A stretch of DNA of 64,000 nucleotides, taken from positions 384,001 to 448,000 of the forward strand of contig OZ219858.1 in NCBI GenBank assembly GCA_964291395.2, read 5' to 3'. Both the position numbers and the translations under genes were made by a program. The notes beneath the pieces were generated by a model. The model worked only from the letters and a program-made list of their open reading frames with translations. It searched no databases and was not told where the DNA came from. Shown in pieces: positions 47,772 through 57,753 of this stretch (position 1 is its first letter; the number at the start of each line of letters is the position of its first letter). The DNA comes from Alphaproteobacteria bacterium. Its GTDB lineage: Bacteria; Pseudomonadota; Alphaproteobacteria; UBA2966.

Positions 47772-48671
47772 ATGAGCAAGGAACCGAACACCCTCGCCGC
47801 CCTGCGGCGGGAAATCGACAGGATCGACACGTCGATCCACGATCTCCTCATGCGCCGGTCAGAGCTGGTGGGACGGGTCGACGCCGTCAAGAAGCGCAGC
47901 AGTTCGTTTCCGACGGGGATGCGGCCGGGACGCGAGGCCAAAGTCCTCCGCCGTCTGATCTTGCGTCATCGTGGGGCTCTTCCGGCCGTGGTGGTCGCGC
48001 GAGTGTGGAGAGAGCTGATCTCGGCGTTCACGCGTCTGCAAGGCCAATTGACCGTCGCCGTATGTGCGCCCGAGATGTCGGTGGGCTACTGGGACCTGGC
48101 GCGGTCGCACTTTGGGTCGACGACACCGATGTCCCTTCACCGCTCACCCTTCGTCGTGATGCGCGAGGTCGTACGAGGTGAGGCTACCGTCGGTGTTCTT
48201 CCCATGCCCGAATCCGATGACGAGGACCCGTGGTGGCCGCTGCTCGCGGCCGAAACGGATAACACGCTCAAGATCATCTCGCGCCTGCCCTTCGTCGAAG
48301 ACAAGAGTTCCCGATTCGAAGATCTCGTGGCCCTGGTCGTGTCGAAAATGCCGCAGGACAACACGGAAGATGACCGGACGCTCATTGTCATCGCCGCCAA
48401 TGCGCCCATCAGCCGGGCCAGCATCAACGAACTCTTGAGGAGCACGGCGCTGATCGGACACAGCGTCACGGCGCTCGACCGGCGCGAAGATCGGCCGGAA
48501 TGGCTGCATCTCGTCGAGGTCGAGGGTTATCTGGCCGACGATGATCCCAAGATCGCAGCCCTCATAGAAGAGGGGCAGGGCCGTATCCACCGGATCGTCG
48601 CCATCGGCGGATTTGCCAATCCAATCCGCGCCTCGAGCGGCGTCCATCCCACGGCAACCGCAGCCGAATAG
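47772..48671 (+). CDS. Chorismate mutase (alphaproteobacterial type with C-terminal PDT-like extension)
   Basis: LAALRREIDRID...R, MRPGREA, WRELIS; upstream of hisC-tyrC. Confidence 0.88.
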   Translation: MSKEPNTLAALRREIDRIDTSIHDLLMRRSELVGRVDAVKKRSSSFPTGMRPGREAKVLRRLILRHRGALPAVVVARVWRELISAFTRLQGQLTVAVCAPEMSVGYWDLARSHFGSTTPMSLHRSPFVVMREVVRGEATVGVLPMPESDDEDPWWPLLAAETDNTLKIISRLPFVEDKSSRFEDLVALVVSKMPQDNTEDDRTLIVIAANAPISRASINELLRSTALIGHSVTALDRREDRPEWLHLVEVEGYLADDDPKIAALIEEGQGRIHRIVAIGGFANPIRASSGVHPTATAAE

Positions 48672-48704
48672 CGAAACAAGCGTCCACCCGACAGGTTTCA
48701 TGAC

Positions 48705-49802
48705 ATGAGCGGCCCCATCCCCCGCGCGGGAGTCCTCGAGATTCCCATGTATGTCCCCGGACGGTCCCGGGCAGAGGGTCACGAGCACGTCGTCAAGCTG
48801 TCGTCCAACGAATCGGCGCTGGGAACCAGCGAGAAGGCCACGGCCGCCTATCGGGCGCTGGAGGGAGAGCTGCACCGGTACCCCGACGGTAGCGCGGCCG
48901 ATCTGCGCGAGGCGATCGCAGGGGTTCATCGCGCCGACGGCGACGCTCTGGACGCCGAGAACATCGTTTGCGGCGAAGGATCCGACGAAATCATCCACCT
49001 CCTGACCGCGGCCTACGCGGGTCCCGGGGACGAGGTCCTGCACAGCGCCCACGGTTTCGTCATGTACAAGCTGTCGGCGCTCGGCGTCGGCGCGACCCCC
49101 GTCGCGGCACCGGAGCGGGAATGGACTCCCGACGTAGACGCCTTGCTGAAGCGGGTGACGGAGCGCACGCGCCTGGTGTTCCTCTCCAACCCCAATCCCA
49201 CCGGAACTTATCTGCCGCGCCGGGAACTGGTCCGCCTGCATAGCGGCCTTCCCGCCTACGTCGTGTTGGCGATCGACGCGGCCTATGCCGAATACGTCAC
49301 CCGGGACGACTACGCATCCGGACTCGAACTGGTCGGTGCCGCGGACAACGTGGTCATGACGCGCACGTTTTCCAAAGCCTATGGCCTCGCAGGTTTGCGC
49401 CTGGGTTGGTGTTATGGACCAGCGGGTGTGGTCGACGTCTTGAACCGTCTGCGTGGGCCTTTCAACGTGACCGCCCCGGCCCAGGCCGCCGGAATCGCCG
49501 CGGTCGAAGACCAAGCGTTCGTCGCGCGCGCCCGGCAACACAACGAGACTTGGCGTAACTGGCTCGAAAGTGAGCTCCGGCGTCTCGGCGTGCCTTACAT
49601 TCCCAGCGTCACCAATTTCGTTTGTGCCGGATTTCCGGACAGGGAAAAGACGGCCGCCGCGGCCATCGATCACATGATGGGGGACGGTGTCCTCGTGCGG
49701 GACATGAACGCCTACGGCCTGCCCAGCCACGCTCGTATCACGATCGGCCTCGCGGAAGAGACCCGGGCCGTGGTGCGCTCGCTCGAGACGTTCCTGGGGT
49801 GA
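48705..49802 (+). CDS. hisC: Histidinol-phosphate aminotransferase
   Basis: KLSSNE, RYPD, NPNPTG, DAAYAEY, RTFSKAYGLAGLRLG. Confidence 0.94.
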   Translation: MSGPIPRAGVLEIPMYVPGRSRAEGHEHVVKLSSNESALGTSEKATAAYRALEGELHRYPDGSAADLREAIAGVHRADGDALDAENIVCGEGSDEIIHLLTAAYAGPGDEVLHSAHGFVMYKLSALGVGATPVAAPEREWTPDVDALLKRVTERTRLVFLSNPNPTGTYLPRRELVRLHSGLPAYVVLAIDAAYAEYVTRDDYASGLELVGAADNVVMTRTFSKAYGLAGLRLGWCYGPAGVVDVLNRLRGPFNVTAPAQAAGIAAVEDQAFVARARQHNETWRNWLESELRRLGVPYIPSVTNFVCAGFPDREKTAAAAIDHMMGDGVLVRDMNAYGLPSHARITIGLAEETRAVVRSLETFLG

Positions 49803-49806
49803 GACG

Positions 49807-50826
49807 GTGACGCGGCGAAGGAAATTCGAACCGCTGTTCGATACCGTCGCCCTTATCGGCGTGGGTTTGATCGGCTCGTCACTGGCGCGGCTAATGCGCC
49901 GAGAGGGTCTTGCCCGGCGAATCGTCGGGTGCGCCCGTACCCGCCGGACACGGTCGGTTTGTCGTGAACTCGAGCTCGTCGACGCCACCTCCGCCAGCCC
50001 GAGGCAGGCCGCGAAGGGGGCCGACCTGATCGTCATATGCACGCCCGTGAGCACCTACGGCACCATCGCCGCGGCCATGGCGCCGTCGCTGAAACCGGGC
50101 GCCATCGTGTCGGACGTCGGCTCGGTCAAGCGGACAGCCATCGACGCCGTGGCGCCGCACCTGCCCGACGGCGTTCACTTCGTACCGGGCCATCCCGTCG
50201 CCGGAACCGAGCATTCGGGTCCCGAGGCGGGATTTGCCGAGCTGTTCGAGGGACGGTGGTGCATCCTCACGCCGACGGAAGAGACGGACGCGGCGGCCGT
50301 GCGCCAGGTCACCGACCTATGGCGCCGTGCGGGAAGCCGGGTGGAGATCATGGATGCCGCGCACCACGATCTTGTTCTCGCCGTGACATCGCATCTTCCT
50401 CATCTGATCGCCTACAACATCGTCGGCACGGCGGCGGATCTGGAATCGGTCACGGACTCCGAGGTGTTCAAGTACTCGGCGGGCGGGTTCCGGGATTTTA
50501 CCCGCATCGCGGCGTCCGACCCGGTCATGTGGCGCGACGTCTTCCTGCACAATCGTGACGCCCTGCTCGAGGTGTTGGGGCGGTTCAACGAGGACCTGTC
50601 GGCATTGCAGCGGGCCATCCGCCGGGGCCAGGGCGAGGTACTCGAAGCCCTGTTCGTCCGGACGCGCGACATTCGCCGCGGCGTCATCGAAGCCGGCCAG
50701 GCCGAGGCGCTCCTCCCCGGCGGGCCGGAGACTGAGACTGCGACCCGGCACCCGGAAAGGAAACGACGGGCGAGAGGCGGAAAACCCGCAGGGATCCAGC
50801 GCCGAACCAGCCGTCCCGGGCGGTGA
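49807..50826 (+). CDS. tyrC: Prephenate/cyclohexadienyl dehydrogenase
   Basis: GVGLIGSS, DVGSVK, GHPVAGTEHSG, SHLPH, GGFRDFTRIA; low-complexity C-terminal tail. Confidence 0.93.
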   Translation: MTRRRKFEPLFDTVALIGVGLIGSSLARLMRREGLARRIVGCARTRRTRSVCRELELVDATSASPRQAAKGADLIVICTPVSTYGTIAAAMAPSLKPGAIVSDVGSVKRTAIDAVAPHLPDGVHFVPGHPVAGTEHSGPEAGFAELFEGRWCILTPTEETDAAAVRQVTDLWRRAGSRVEIMDAAHHDLVLAVTSHLPHLIAYNIVGTAADLESVTDSEVFKYSAGGFRDFTRIAASDPVMWRDVFLHNRDALLEVLGRFNEDLSALQRAIRRGQGEVLEALFVRTRDIRRGVIEAGQAEALLPGGPETETATRHPERKRRARGGKPAGIQRRTSRPGR

Positions 50827-50853
50827 CCGGAACGGCGATGCCCCCGCCGTTCG

Positions 50854-51030
50854 CCGGATCCGAGAACACGTCGAGCGAGCGACTCATACCGGGTATTCTC
50901 ATGTCTTCCCGAAGCCCGGCCTGGGGCGTGGTGGCCGAGGCCACCCGGCTCTCCCGGCCAAGCTCGCTCTCATCGCCCCAGAGGGCTACAGATTTATCGA
51001 GCAGTGCCAGGGTCACGCTCGTCGCGGCCA
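50854..51030 (-). pseudogene. Dispersed, internally deleted copy of part of the TorD-family gene (source about 32000-32287)
   Basis: 35-nt exact identity (50917-50951 vs 32165-32199) plus flanking similarity; translates as ALLDKSVALWGDESELGRESRVASATTPQAGLREDMR. Confidence 0.85.
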
Positions 51031-51046
51031 CCGCTCCCTTCACGAA

Positions 51047-51086
51047 CCGGGACAAGCCGGGACTAGGCGAGACTAAGCGAGACAGG
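51047..51086 (+). repeat. Four degenerate tandem 10-bp repeats
   Basis: ccgggacaag/ccgggactag/gcgagactaa/gcgagacagg. Confidence 0.55.
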
Positions 51087-51159
51087 TTGTGCTCGGGGGT
51101 TCTTGGCGACGCGTCTCCGATCTCTTAGGTTGGGGATATACGGGCCGGGGGAGACGCGC

Positions 51160-51933
51160 ATGTCGGAGCCGAGAGTCGTCGTGATCACGGGAGGCGCCAG
51201 TGGCATGGGCCGCGGAACCGGGGAAGTGTTCGCCGCGGGCGGTGACCGGGTGGTGCTCGCGGATATCAACTCGAACCTTGGGCGTCGGGCTGCCGAAGAG
51301 ATCGAAGGTATCGGGGGTCGGGCGGTGTTCCACGATCTCGACGTCACGGACGAGGGATCCATCGACGAGCTCGTGGAATGGACCGAATCGGAGGTCGGAC
51401 CGATCGACGTTCTGGTGAATTCGGCCGGGATCCTGCAGAACCCCATGTCCATCACCGAGATGCCGATGGAGGACCACGATCGGATGTGGGACATCAACAA
51501 TCGTGGCCTCTACATGTGCTGCCGGGCCGTAGCACCGCTGATGAAGGGCCGCGGCCGGGGCAGCATCGTCAACATCGCCTCCTCGACGAGTTTCAACGCC
51601 TGGCCCCTGACCGCGTACGTGCCGGGAAAGACCGCCGTGAAGATGCTCACGGAAGTGCTGGCGGGCGAGATGGGGCCAAGCGGCGTCCGTGTGAACGCCG
51701 TGGCGCCTCACGTTACGCCGACACCCGCCATTCAAGCACGCATCGACGCGGGCGAACGCGATCCCGCGAAGATCACCGCCCAGCAGGCGCTGCCGCGAAT
51801 GGTCGAAGTCATCGACGTCGCCGAGGCCATCCATTTCCTGTGTTCTCCCGAGGCCAAGGCGATCACGGGTGTGACGCTTCCGGTGGACTGCGGATACCTC
51901 GTCGCCAACACCTACAACGCCTACCCGAAGTAG
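51160..51933 (+). CDS. SDR family oxidoreductase
   Basis: TGGASGMG, NSAG, YVPGK, TGVTLPVDCG. Confidence 0.9.
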   Translation: MSEPRVVVITGGASGMGRGTGEVFAAGGDRVVLADINSNLGRRAAEEIEGIGGRAVFHDLDVTDEGSIDELVEWTESEVGPIDVLVNSAGILQNPMSITEMPMEDHDRMWDINNRGLYMCCRAVAPLMKGRGRGSIVNIASSTSFNAWPLTAYVPGKTAVKMLTEVLAGEMGPSGVRVNAVAPHVTPTPAIQARIDAGERDPAKITAQQALPRMVEVIDVAEAIHFLCSPEAKAITGVTLPVDCGYLVANTYNAYPK

Positions 51934-51945
51934 CCGTTCACGAGC

Positions 51946-52536
51946 TTGACGATCACGCGCAAGGACGGCCTCGGGGACCTGCACCATTTTCATGACGGCG
52001 GCGACCTTTGGGTCTTCGGCTACGGCTCGCTGATGTGGCGGCCCGGTTTTTCGTACACCGAAGTGCATTCGGCGCTGATCCGCGGGGTCCATCGCGCGCC
52101 CTGCGTGATCTCGCACCGGCATCGGGGTTCGTGGGAGTGCCCGGGGGTGGTCATGGGACTGGATGCCGGCGGGTCGTGCAAGGGACGGATCTACCGGGTC
52201 GCCGCGGCGGACGCCGTCGAGGTGCTGGACTACCTGCACGACCGCGAGATGGGGGGCTATGACGTCTACAAGCCGGCCAAGCGCCCGGCCCTGATTCTCA
52301 CGCCGGGGCGACAGAAGAACGTTGCCGCCCTTTGCTTTGTCGTCGACCGGCACCACGCCCAGTATGCGGGCGGTCTCTCCCGCGCCGACCTCCTCGCCCA
52401 TATCCGGCAGGGAGTCGGGGAAGGCGGGACGTGCATCGACTATTTCTCGAAGCTTGTGCGTCACCTCGACGAGCTCGGCATCGCCGATGGACCCGTTCAT
52501 CGTCTATACGAAGCCGTCAGAGAACCCTCCGAATAG
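51946..52536 (+). CDS. chaC: ChaC-like glutathione-specific gamma-glutamylcyclotransferase
   Basis: WVFGYGSLMW, HRGS, YLHDRE, GEGGTCIDY. Confidence 0.9.
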   Translation: MTITRKDGLGDLHHFHDGGDLWVFGYGSLMWRPGFSYTEVHSALIRGVHRAPCVISHRHRGSWECPGVVMGLDAGGSCKGRIYRVAAADAVEVLDYLHDREMGGYDVYKPAKRPALILTPGRQKNVAALCFVVDRHHAQYAGGLSRADLLAHIRQGVGEGGTCIDYFSKLVRHLDELGIADGPVHRLYEAVREPSE

Positions 52537-52615
52537 ACTCCTCTTTAAGTGGTGACGCGGCGGCGTTACGATCTCAATGTCCATGAGATGTCCCGACGGG
52601 ATCGAGGGGGCGGCG

Positions 52616-53974
52616 ATGAATGTGCACCAGCAGACTCCACGACAAGCCTACTCGGGATATCACCTGCGCGACGTGCCGGCAGAGGACGCCGAGTTGACTC
52701 ACGTCGGGCCGGGAACGCCCTGCGGCGAATACATGCGCCGGTTCTGGCAGCCCGTATGCCTGTCGCAGGAGTTGACCGACCTGCCGCACGCCGTCCGGAT
52801 CCTCGGCGAGGACCTTGTGGCTTTCCGCGACAAGTCGGGGAACGTCGGTGTTCTGCATCGCCACTGCAGCCATCGCGGTACGTCGCTCGAATACGGAATC
52901 GTCGCCGAGCATGGAATCCGCTGCTGCTATCACGGCTGGTTGTTCGATATCGACGGCACCATCCTGGAGACGCCGGGCGAGACGCCGGGGTCGAGATTGC
53001 GGGAGAGCTTCCGTCACGGCGCCTATCCGGCGCGGGAATACGAAGGACTCGTGTTCGCCTACATGGGACCTCCGGACGAAGAGCCGGAATTCCCCATGTT
53101 CGACACCTACTTCCTGGCGGATAACAAGCTCGTTCCCTACTCCTGCCACTACTCGTGCAGTTGGCTGCAGGTCCACGAGAACTTCGTCGACCCGATCCAC
53201 GCGGTCTTCCTGCACACGCGCCTCACCGGCACGCAGTTCACCGACGCCTGGCACGACCTGCCGGCCACCGAATTCGTCGAGAAGGACGCGGGCCTCTACT
53301 ACATCACGACCCGTCAGGTCGGCGATCGCGTCTGGGTCCGCACGAACCACATCATGCTTCCCAACTTCGGCCAGGTCGCGGCTCTGTGGGAGGCGGTCGA
53401 GAAGGAGAAGTTCTTCAATCGGGCGAGCGTGACGCGGTGGTCGGTGCCCATCGACGATACGAATTCCTGGATCTTCGGCTACCGCCACTTCAACGACGTG
53501 GTCGACACGGCAGGGATCGGTAAGGAAGAGGAATGCGGCATCGACAGCGTCGATTTCCTCGGCCAGACCGGAAACCGGCCCTATGAGGAGCGCCAGCGCG
53601 AACCGGGAGACTGGGATGCCCTCGTCGGTCAGCGCCCCATCGCCATCCACGCCAAGGAACATCTGGGCACCACCGACCGGGGTGTGGCCATGTGGCGGCG
53701 CATCCTGCGCGAAGGGATCCGCGGCGAAGGCCGATTCGCGGGCAAGCCGGCGACGTGGGGTTACGCCGGGGATCCCATTCATACCTACACGCACGACACC
53801 TGCCTCGATATCCCGGCGAACGGCACGAAGGGGGCCGAGCAGATGGCGTATCTCGCCGGGATCGGCCGCGAGGTGCTCGACTGCATCTTCTCGGGCGATG
53901 CCTACGAAGGCGCCGAACGCAAGGGTCACGTCGAGAAGCGGCTTCGGGACTTGCGGGACCGCTACCGCGGTTGA
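52616..53974 (+). CDS. Rieske non-heme iron oxygenase alpha subunit (phthalate dioxygenase/LigX-like)
   Basis: GPGTPCGEYMRRFW, CSH...CCYHGW Rieske motif, ENFVDPIHAVFLH, EHLGTTDRGV. Confidence 0.9.
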   Translation: MNVHQQTPRQAYSGYHLRDVPAEDAELTHVGPGTPCGEYMRRFWQPVCLSQELTDLPHAVRILGEDLVAFRDKSGNVGVLHRHCSHRGTSLEYGIVAEHGIRCCYHGWLFDIDGTILETPGETPGSRLRESFRHGAYPAREYEGLVFAYMGPPDEEPEFPMFDTYFLADNKLVPYSCHYSCSWLQVHENFVDPIHAVFLHTRLTGTQFTDAWHDLPATEFVEKDAGLYYITTRQVGDRVWVRTNHIMLPNFGQVAALWEAVEKEKFFNRASVTRWSVPIDDTNSWIFGYRHFNDVVDTAGIGKEEECGIDSVDFLGQTGNRPYEERQREPGDWDALVGQRPIAIHAKEHLGTTDRGVAMWRRILREGIRGEGRFAGKPATWGYAGDPIHTYTHDTCLDIPANGTKGAEQMAYLAGIGREVLDCIFSGDAYEGAERKGHVEKRLRDLRDRYRG

Positions 53975-54018
53975 GGAGGCGATCGAATACCGGCAAGTTC
54001 GCGAGACCGAAGCCCCCC

Positions 54019-55683
54019 GTGACTGAAGGCTACGACTACGTCATCGTCGGCGGCGGATCGGCGGGGTGTGTGCTCGCCAACCGGCTCAGCGCCGATCCGG
54101 ACAACCGTGTCCTGCTGCTCGAAGCGGGCGGCAGTGGCCGCAACCCGCTCTACCGGATCCCCCTGATCGCGGGAAAACTCAGCCGAAACCACTTCGGCGA
54201 TTGGAACTACCGGACCGAACCCGAGGCGGGGGTGAACGGCCGGCGGGTCGACTGGCCGCGCGCCAAGATGCTCGGCGGCTGCTCGATGGTCGCCGGCATG
54301 CTCTATGTCCGGGGCCATCCCTCCGACTTCGACACCTGGGCCCAGCTCGGCAATCGCGGCTGGAGCTACCGTGAGATCCTGCCCTACTTCAAGCGGGCCG
54401 AAGACCATGAAGAGGGTGCCAGTGCCTACCACGGCGGCGGTGGCGAGCTCTTCGTTCGCAGCCCCCGTTCCGACAATCCGATCCTGAGCGCCTATATCGA
54501 GGCCGGGCGTCAAGCGGGTTACCCGCTGACCGACGACTTCAACGGCGAAACCCAGGAAGGCTTCGGGCGTTATCACTGCAACATCAAGAACGGTCAGCGC
54601 TGGAGCGCAGCCCGCGCCTTCCTCGACCCCGCCCTGCCGCGACCCAACCTTACCGTCCTGACCGGCGCCCAGGCGACGGAGATCCTGTTCGACGGACGCC
54701 GGGCCCGCGGCGTCGCCTATCGCCGCGGCGGGCGCGACGAGCGGGCGGCGGCCGACGGCGAGGTGATCCTCAGCGGGGGCACCGTCAATTCTCCGCAGCT
54801 TCTCATGCTCTCCGGCATCGGGCCCGCCGATGCCCTGGCGGCGCACGGCATCCCGGTACGCGCGGACCTGCCGGGCGTCGGGCGCAACCTGCAAGATCAT
54901 CTCGACGTATCGATCCGCCACGCCAGCAGGCGGCCGGTCACGGTCTACCGCTTGCTGGCCATGGATCGGTTCGTCCTGGAAACCGGGCGCGCACTCCTGT
55001 TCGGCACCGGACCCGCGACCGTATTTCCCCAGGAGGCCGGCGGATTCATTCGCAGCGCGCCGGATCTGGAGGTGCCGGACCTTCAGGCCCACATGCTGCC
55101 GCTTTTGGTTGACCGCATGAGATTGCGCCCGCCCTTCGCCTACCTGTTCGACCGCAACCCCGCCGAGGGACATGGTTATGCGGTCCGAACCAGCCTCCTG
55201 CGGCCCTACAGCCGGGGCGTCATCGAGCTCCGGTCGAACGACCCGTTCGCCAAGCCCGTGATCCGGCCGAGCTACCTCTCGGACCGGCGCGACGTCGAGT
55301 TGTTCCGCAGGGCCGTCGACATCGGCCGTGACATTCTTTCACAGCAGGCACTCAAGCCGTTCGACGCCGGCGAGATCGAGCCCGGACCGGAGGTGCGGAG
55401 CGATGCCGATATCGAAGCTTGGATCCGCCGGGCCGTGACCACGGAGTTTCACCCGGTCGGCACTTGTCGCATGGGGCGGGGTACCGACGCCGTCGTCGAC
55501 GAAGAACTCAGGGTGATCGGCGTGGACGGGCTGCGGGTGGCCGACGCCTCGATCATGCCGGTCATCACGGGAGGCAATACCAATGCGCCGACCATGATGA
55601 TCGGCGAGAAGGCGGTGGACCTGGTGCTGGGCCGCGCTCCGCTCGGGAGCGAGGGACCGGCTCTCGAATCTGCGGAAAAATGA
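54019..55683 (+). CDS. GMC oxidoreductase (choline dehydrogenase-like)
   Basis: YDYVIVGGGSAGCV, SPQLLMLSGIG, NLQDH, HPVGTC, GGNTNAP. Confidence 0.93.
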   Translation: MTEGYDYVIVGGGSAGCVLANRLSADPDNRVLLLEAGGSGRNPLYRIPLIAGKLSRNHFGDWNYRTEPEAGVNGRRVDWPRAKMLGGCSMVAGMLYVRGHPSDFDTWAQLGNRGWSYREILPYFKRAEDHEEGASAYHGGGGELFVRSPRSDNPILSAYIEAGRQAGYPLTDDFNGETQEGFGRYHCNIKNGQRWSAARAFLDPALPRPNLTVLTGAQATEILFDGRRARGVAYRRGGRDERAAADGEVILSGGTVNSPQLLMLSGIGPADALAAHGIPVRADLPGVGRNLQDHLDVSIRHASRRPVTVYRLLAMDRFVLETGRALLFGTGPATVFPQEAGGFIRSAPDLEVPDLQAHMLPLLVDRMRLRPPFAYLFDRNPAEGHGYAVRTSLLRPYSRGVIELRSNDPFAKPVIRPSYLSDRRDVELFRRAVDIGRDILSQQALKPFDAGEIEPGPEVRSDADIEAWIRRAVTTEFHPVGTCRMGRGTDAVVDEELRVIGVDGLRVADASIMPVITGGNTNAPTMMIGEKAVDLVLGRAPLGSEGPALESAEK

Positions 55684-55696
55684 GGAGAAAGACACT

Positions 55697-56137
55697 ATGA
55701 GGATCGACGGCGGCTGCCACTGCGGCTATCTGACCTACGAGGCGGAAATCGACGAGACCGAGATTTCGGTGTGTCACTGCACCGACTGTCAGGCCCTGTC
55801 GGGCACGGCGTTCCGGGTGTCCGCCCGCAGCCGCGAGGGCGCATTCACCCAGCTCACGGGCGAGCCCAAGGAATACATCAAGACCGGTTCGAGCGGTGCG
55901 CAGCGGATCCAGGCTTTCTGCCCGGAATGCGGGTCGCAGATCTATTCGACGTCGGTGGGCGACGGACCAAAGCTGTACAACCTCCGCACGGGTACGATTC
56001 GCCAGCGCGCGGAGCTCGTCCCGGTCGCACAGCAGTGGACCCGCTCGGAACTGCCGTGGATCGATGGCTTGGCATCGATTCCGAAGTTCGAGCGGACTCA
56101 CATGACGCCGGATCAGTCGAAGAGCCGAGTGTCGTAG
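55697..56137 (+). CDS. GFA/CENP-V family Zn protein
   Basis: GGCHCG, CHCTDCQ, FCPECGS. Confidence 0.9.
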   Translation: MRIDGGCHCGYLTYEAEIDETEISVCHCTDCQALSGTAFRVSARSREGAFTQLTGEPKEYIKTGSSGAQRIQAFCPECGSQIYSTSVGDGPKLYNLRTGTIRQRAELVPVAQQWTRSELPWIDGLASIPKFERTHMTPDQSKSRVS

Positions 56138-56260
56138 CCGCGGGACGGTTCCTGGAGGAACCGGGCTCCGAGCCGTCGCTCGAGTTCCGAAATGACGAAA
56201 TTCGCTTGTACAGTGAATTCGAAAGCGGCAGGGTGAACGCACCGGTCAGGACATCGGGTC

Positions 56261-57313
56261 ATGAACGACGTCGGCACAGAGTCACCATCACCCTTTCACA
56301 AGGGAGAGCGGTTGGTTCAGGAACGCATGGGCGTCCGGGACAAGGTGGAAAAGCTTGGGCGGCGGGCCATTCGTGACTTCCTGCCCGACCAGCATCGCGA
56401 GTTCTATGCCGAATTGCCCTTCGTGCTCGTCGGCACGGTAGATGGCCGGGGACGGCCCTGGACGTCACTCGTCCCGGGACGCGTCGGGTTTATGACGACC
56501 CCGGACGACCGAACCCTGGACGTCGGAATGCGACCCTTGTTCGGGGACCCGCTCAACGAGACCCTGACGGAAGGCGCGCACATCGGCGTGCTCGGCATTC
56601 AACCTCACAGCCGCCGCCGCAACCGGATGACCGGCCGTGTCGGGGCGGTGCGGCCCGACGGTTTCACCATCGCGGTCGATCGCTCTTTCGGAAACTGTCC
56701 TCGGTACATCCAGACCCGCGACGTCGAAGTTCTACCCGGCATCGACCGGCCGGAGACGGTGCGCGCCGTCAGCCGGTCCGATGCGATCGACGAGCCCGTG
56801 CGGGGGATCATCGAGCGGGCAGACACCTTGTTCATCGCGACCGCGCATCTGGACGAACGCGAGGCCGAATCGCAAGGCGCCGACGTTTCCCATCGAGGGG
56901 GCAGGCCCGGCTTCGTCAAGGTCGAGGACGAGCGGTCCTTCGTATTCCCCGACTTCTCAGGCAACCTTCACTTCAACACGGTGGGCAACATCCTGCTCCA
57001 TCCGAAGGCGGGCTTCCTGTTCGCCGATTTCGACACGGGCGACCTCGTCTACCTGACCGGTGGCGCGGAGATCGTCTGGGACGGCGAGATGATCGAGGCC
57101 TTCAGGGGCGCGCAGCGCCTGATCCGTTTTTCCGCCGATGAGGTCATCCGGGTGGAGCGCAGCCTGCCGTTGCGATTCACCTTCGGTGAGTATTCTCCCC
57201 TCTTGGAGAACACGGGGTCCTGGACACAGGCGTCCAGAATTGTCGCAGCCGACAAGGCGTGGAGCACCGTACTCGAGAAGTCGATCGTCGACGGCGGATC
57301 AAACCGGGCTTGA
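56261..57313 (+). CDS. Pyridoxamine 5'-phosphate oxidase-like flavin-binding protein (two-domain)
   Basis: SPFHKGE, RRRNR, GNCPRYIQ, DVSHRGGRPGF, PDFSGN..FNTVGN. Confidence 0.85.
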   Translation: MNDVGTESPSPFHKGERLVQERMGVRDKVEKLGRRAIRDFLPDQHREFYAELPFVLVGTVDGRGRPWTSLVPGRVGFMTTPDDRTLDVGMRPLFGDPLNETLTEGAHIGVLGIQPHSRRRNRMTGRVGAVRPDGFTIAVDRSFGNCPRYIQTRDVEVLPGIDRPETVRAVSRSDAIDEPVRGIIERADTLFIATAHLDEREAESQGADVSHRGGRPGFVKVEDERSFVFPDFSGNLHFNTVGNILLHPKAGFLFADFDTGDLVYLTGGAEIVWDGEMIEAFRGAQRLIRFSADEVIRVERSLPLRFTFGEYSPLLENTGSWTQASRIVAADKAWSTVLEKSIVDGGSNRA

Positions 57314-57334
57314 ATCTCCGTAGAAAAAATTCGC

Positions 57335-57742
57335 TCACTCGAACTCATCCGCGGCGATCGCAAGCGGATGAGCGAGAAGACGCCTGTCCACGGTAAGCAG
57401 CCTCAGACCTTCCTCCTGGGCCTGGACAAGCAGCAGTTCGTCGAACGGGTCCCTGTGGCCGAGCGGCGTCTTGAGCGCCCGCGCGGCATGGCGGATGGTC
57501 ATCGGCAGGAACGTCACGTCCTGATCTTCGAGCGCGTCGATCACGTCCTCCGGCGAGAAGCGGCTCTTGCGCGCCCCCGACGGATGGCGGGCGCCATGCT
57601 TGAGCCGCATTTCCCAAATCGACACCGCGCTCACATGAAACTCCGTCTCGCGTGAAGCCAGAACCCGGCGCTCCGCGTCCGGCAGCCTTCCCGGCCGGTC
57701 CATGAAGTCGTAGAGGTAGGGCGTGTCGAGAAGAACGCGCAT
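57335..57742 (-). CDS. vapC: PIN-domain type II toxin
   Basis: LLDT, SAVSIWE, HRDPFD, LLTVD. Confidence 0.9.
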   Translation of the reverse strand: MRVLLDTPYLYDFMDRPGRLPDAERRVLASRETEFHVSAVSIWEMRLKHGARHPSGARKSRFSPEDVIDALEDQDVTFLPMTIRHAARALKTPLGHRDPFDELLLVQAQEEGLRLLTVDRRLLAHPLAIAADEFE

Positions 57743-57753
57743 CGCCGGTTCAG

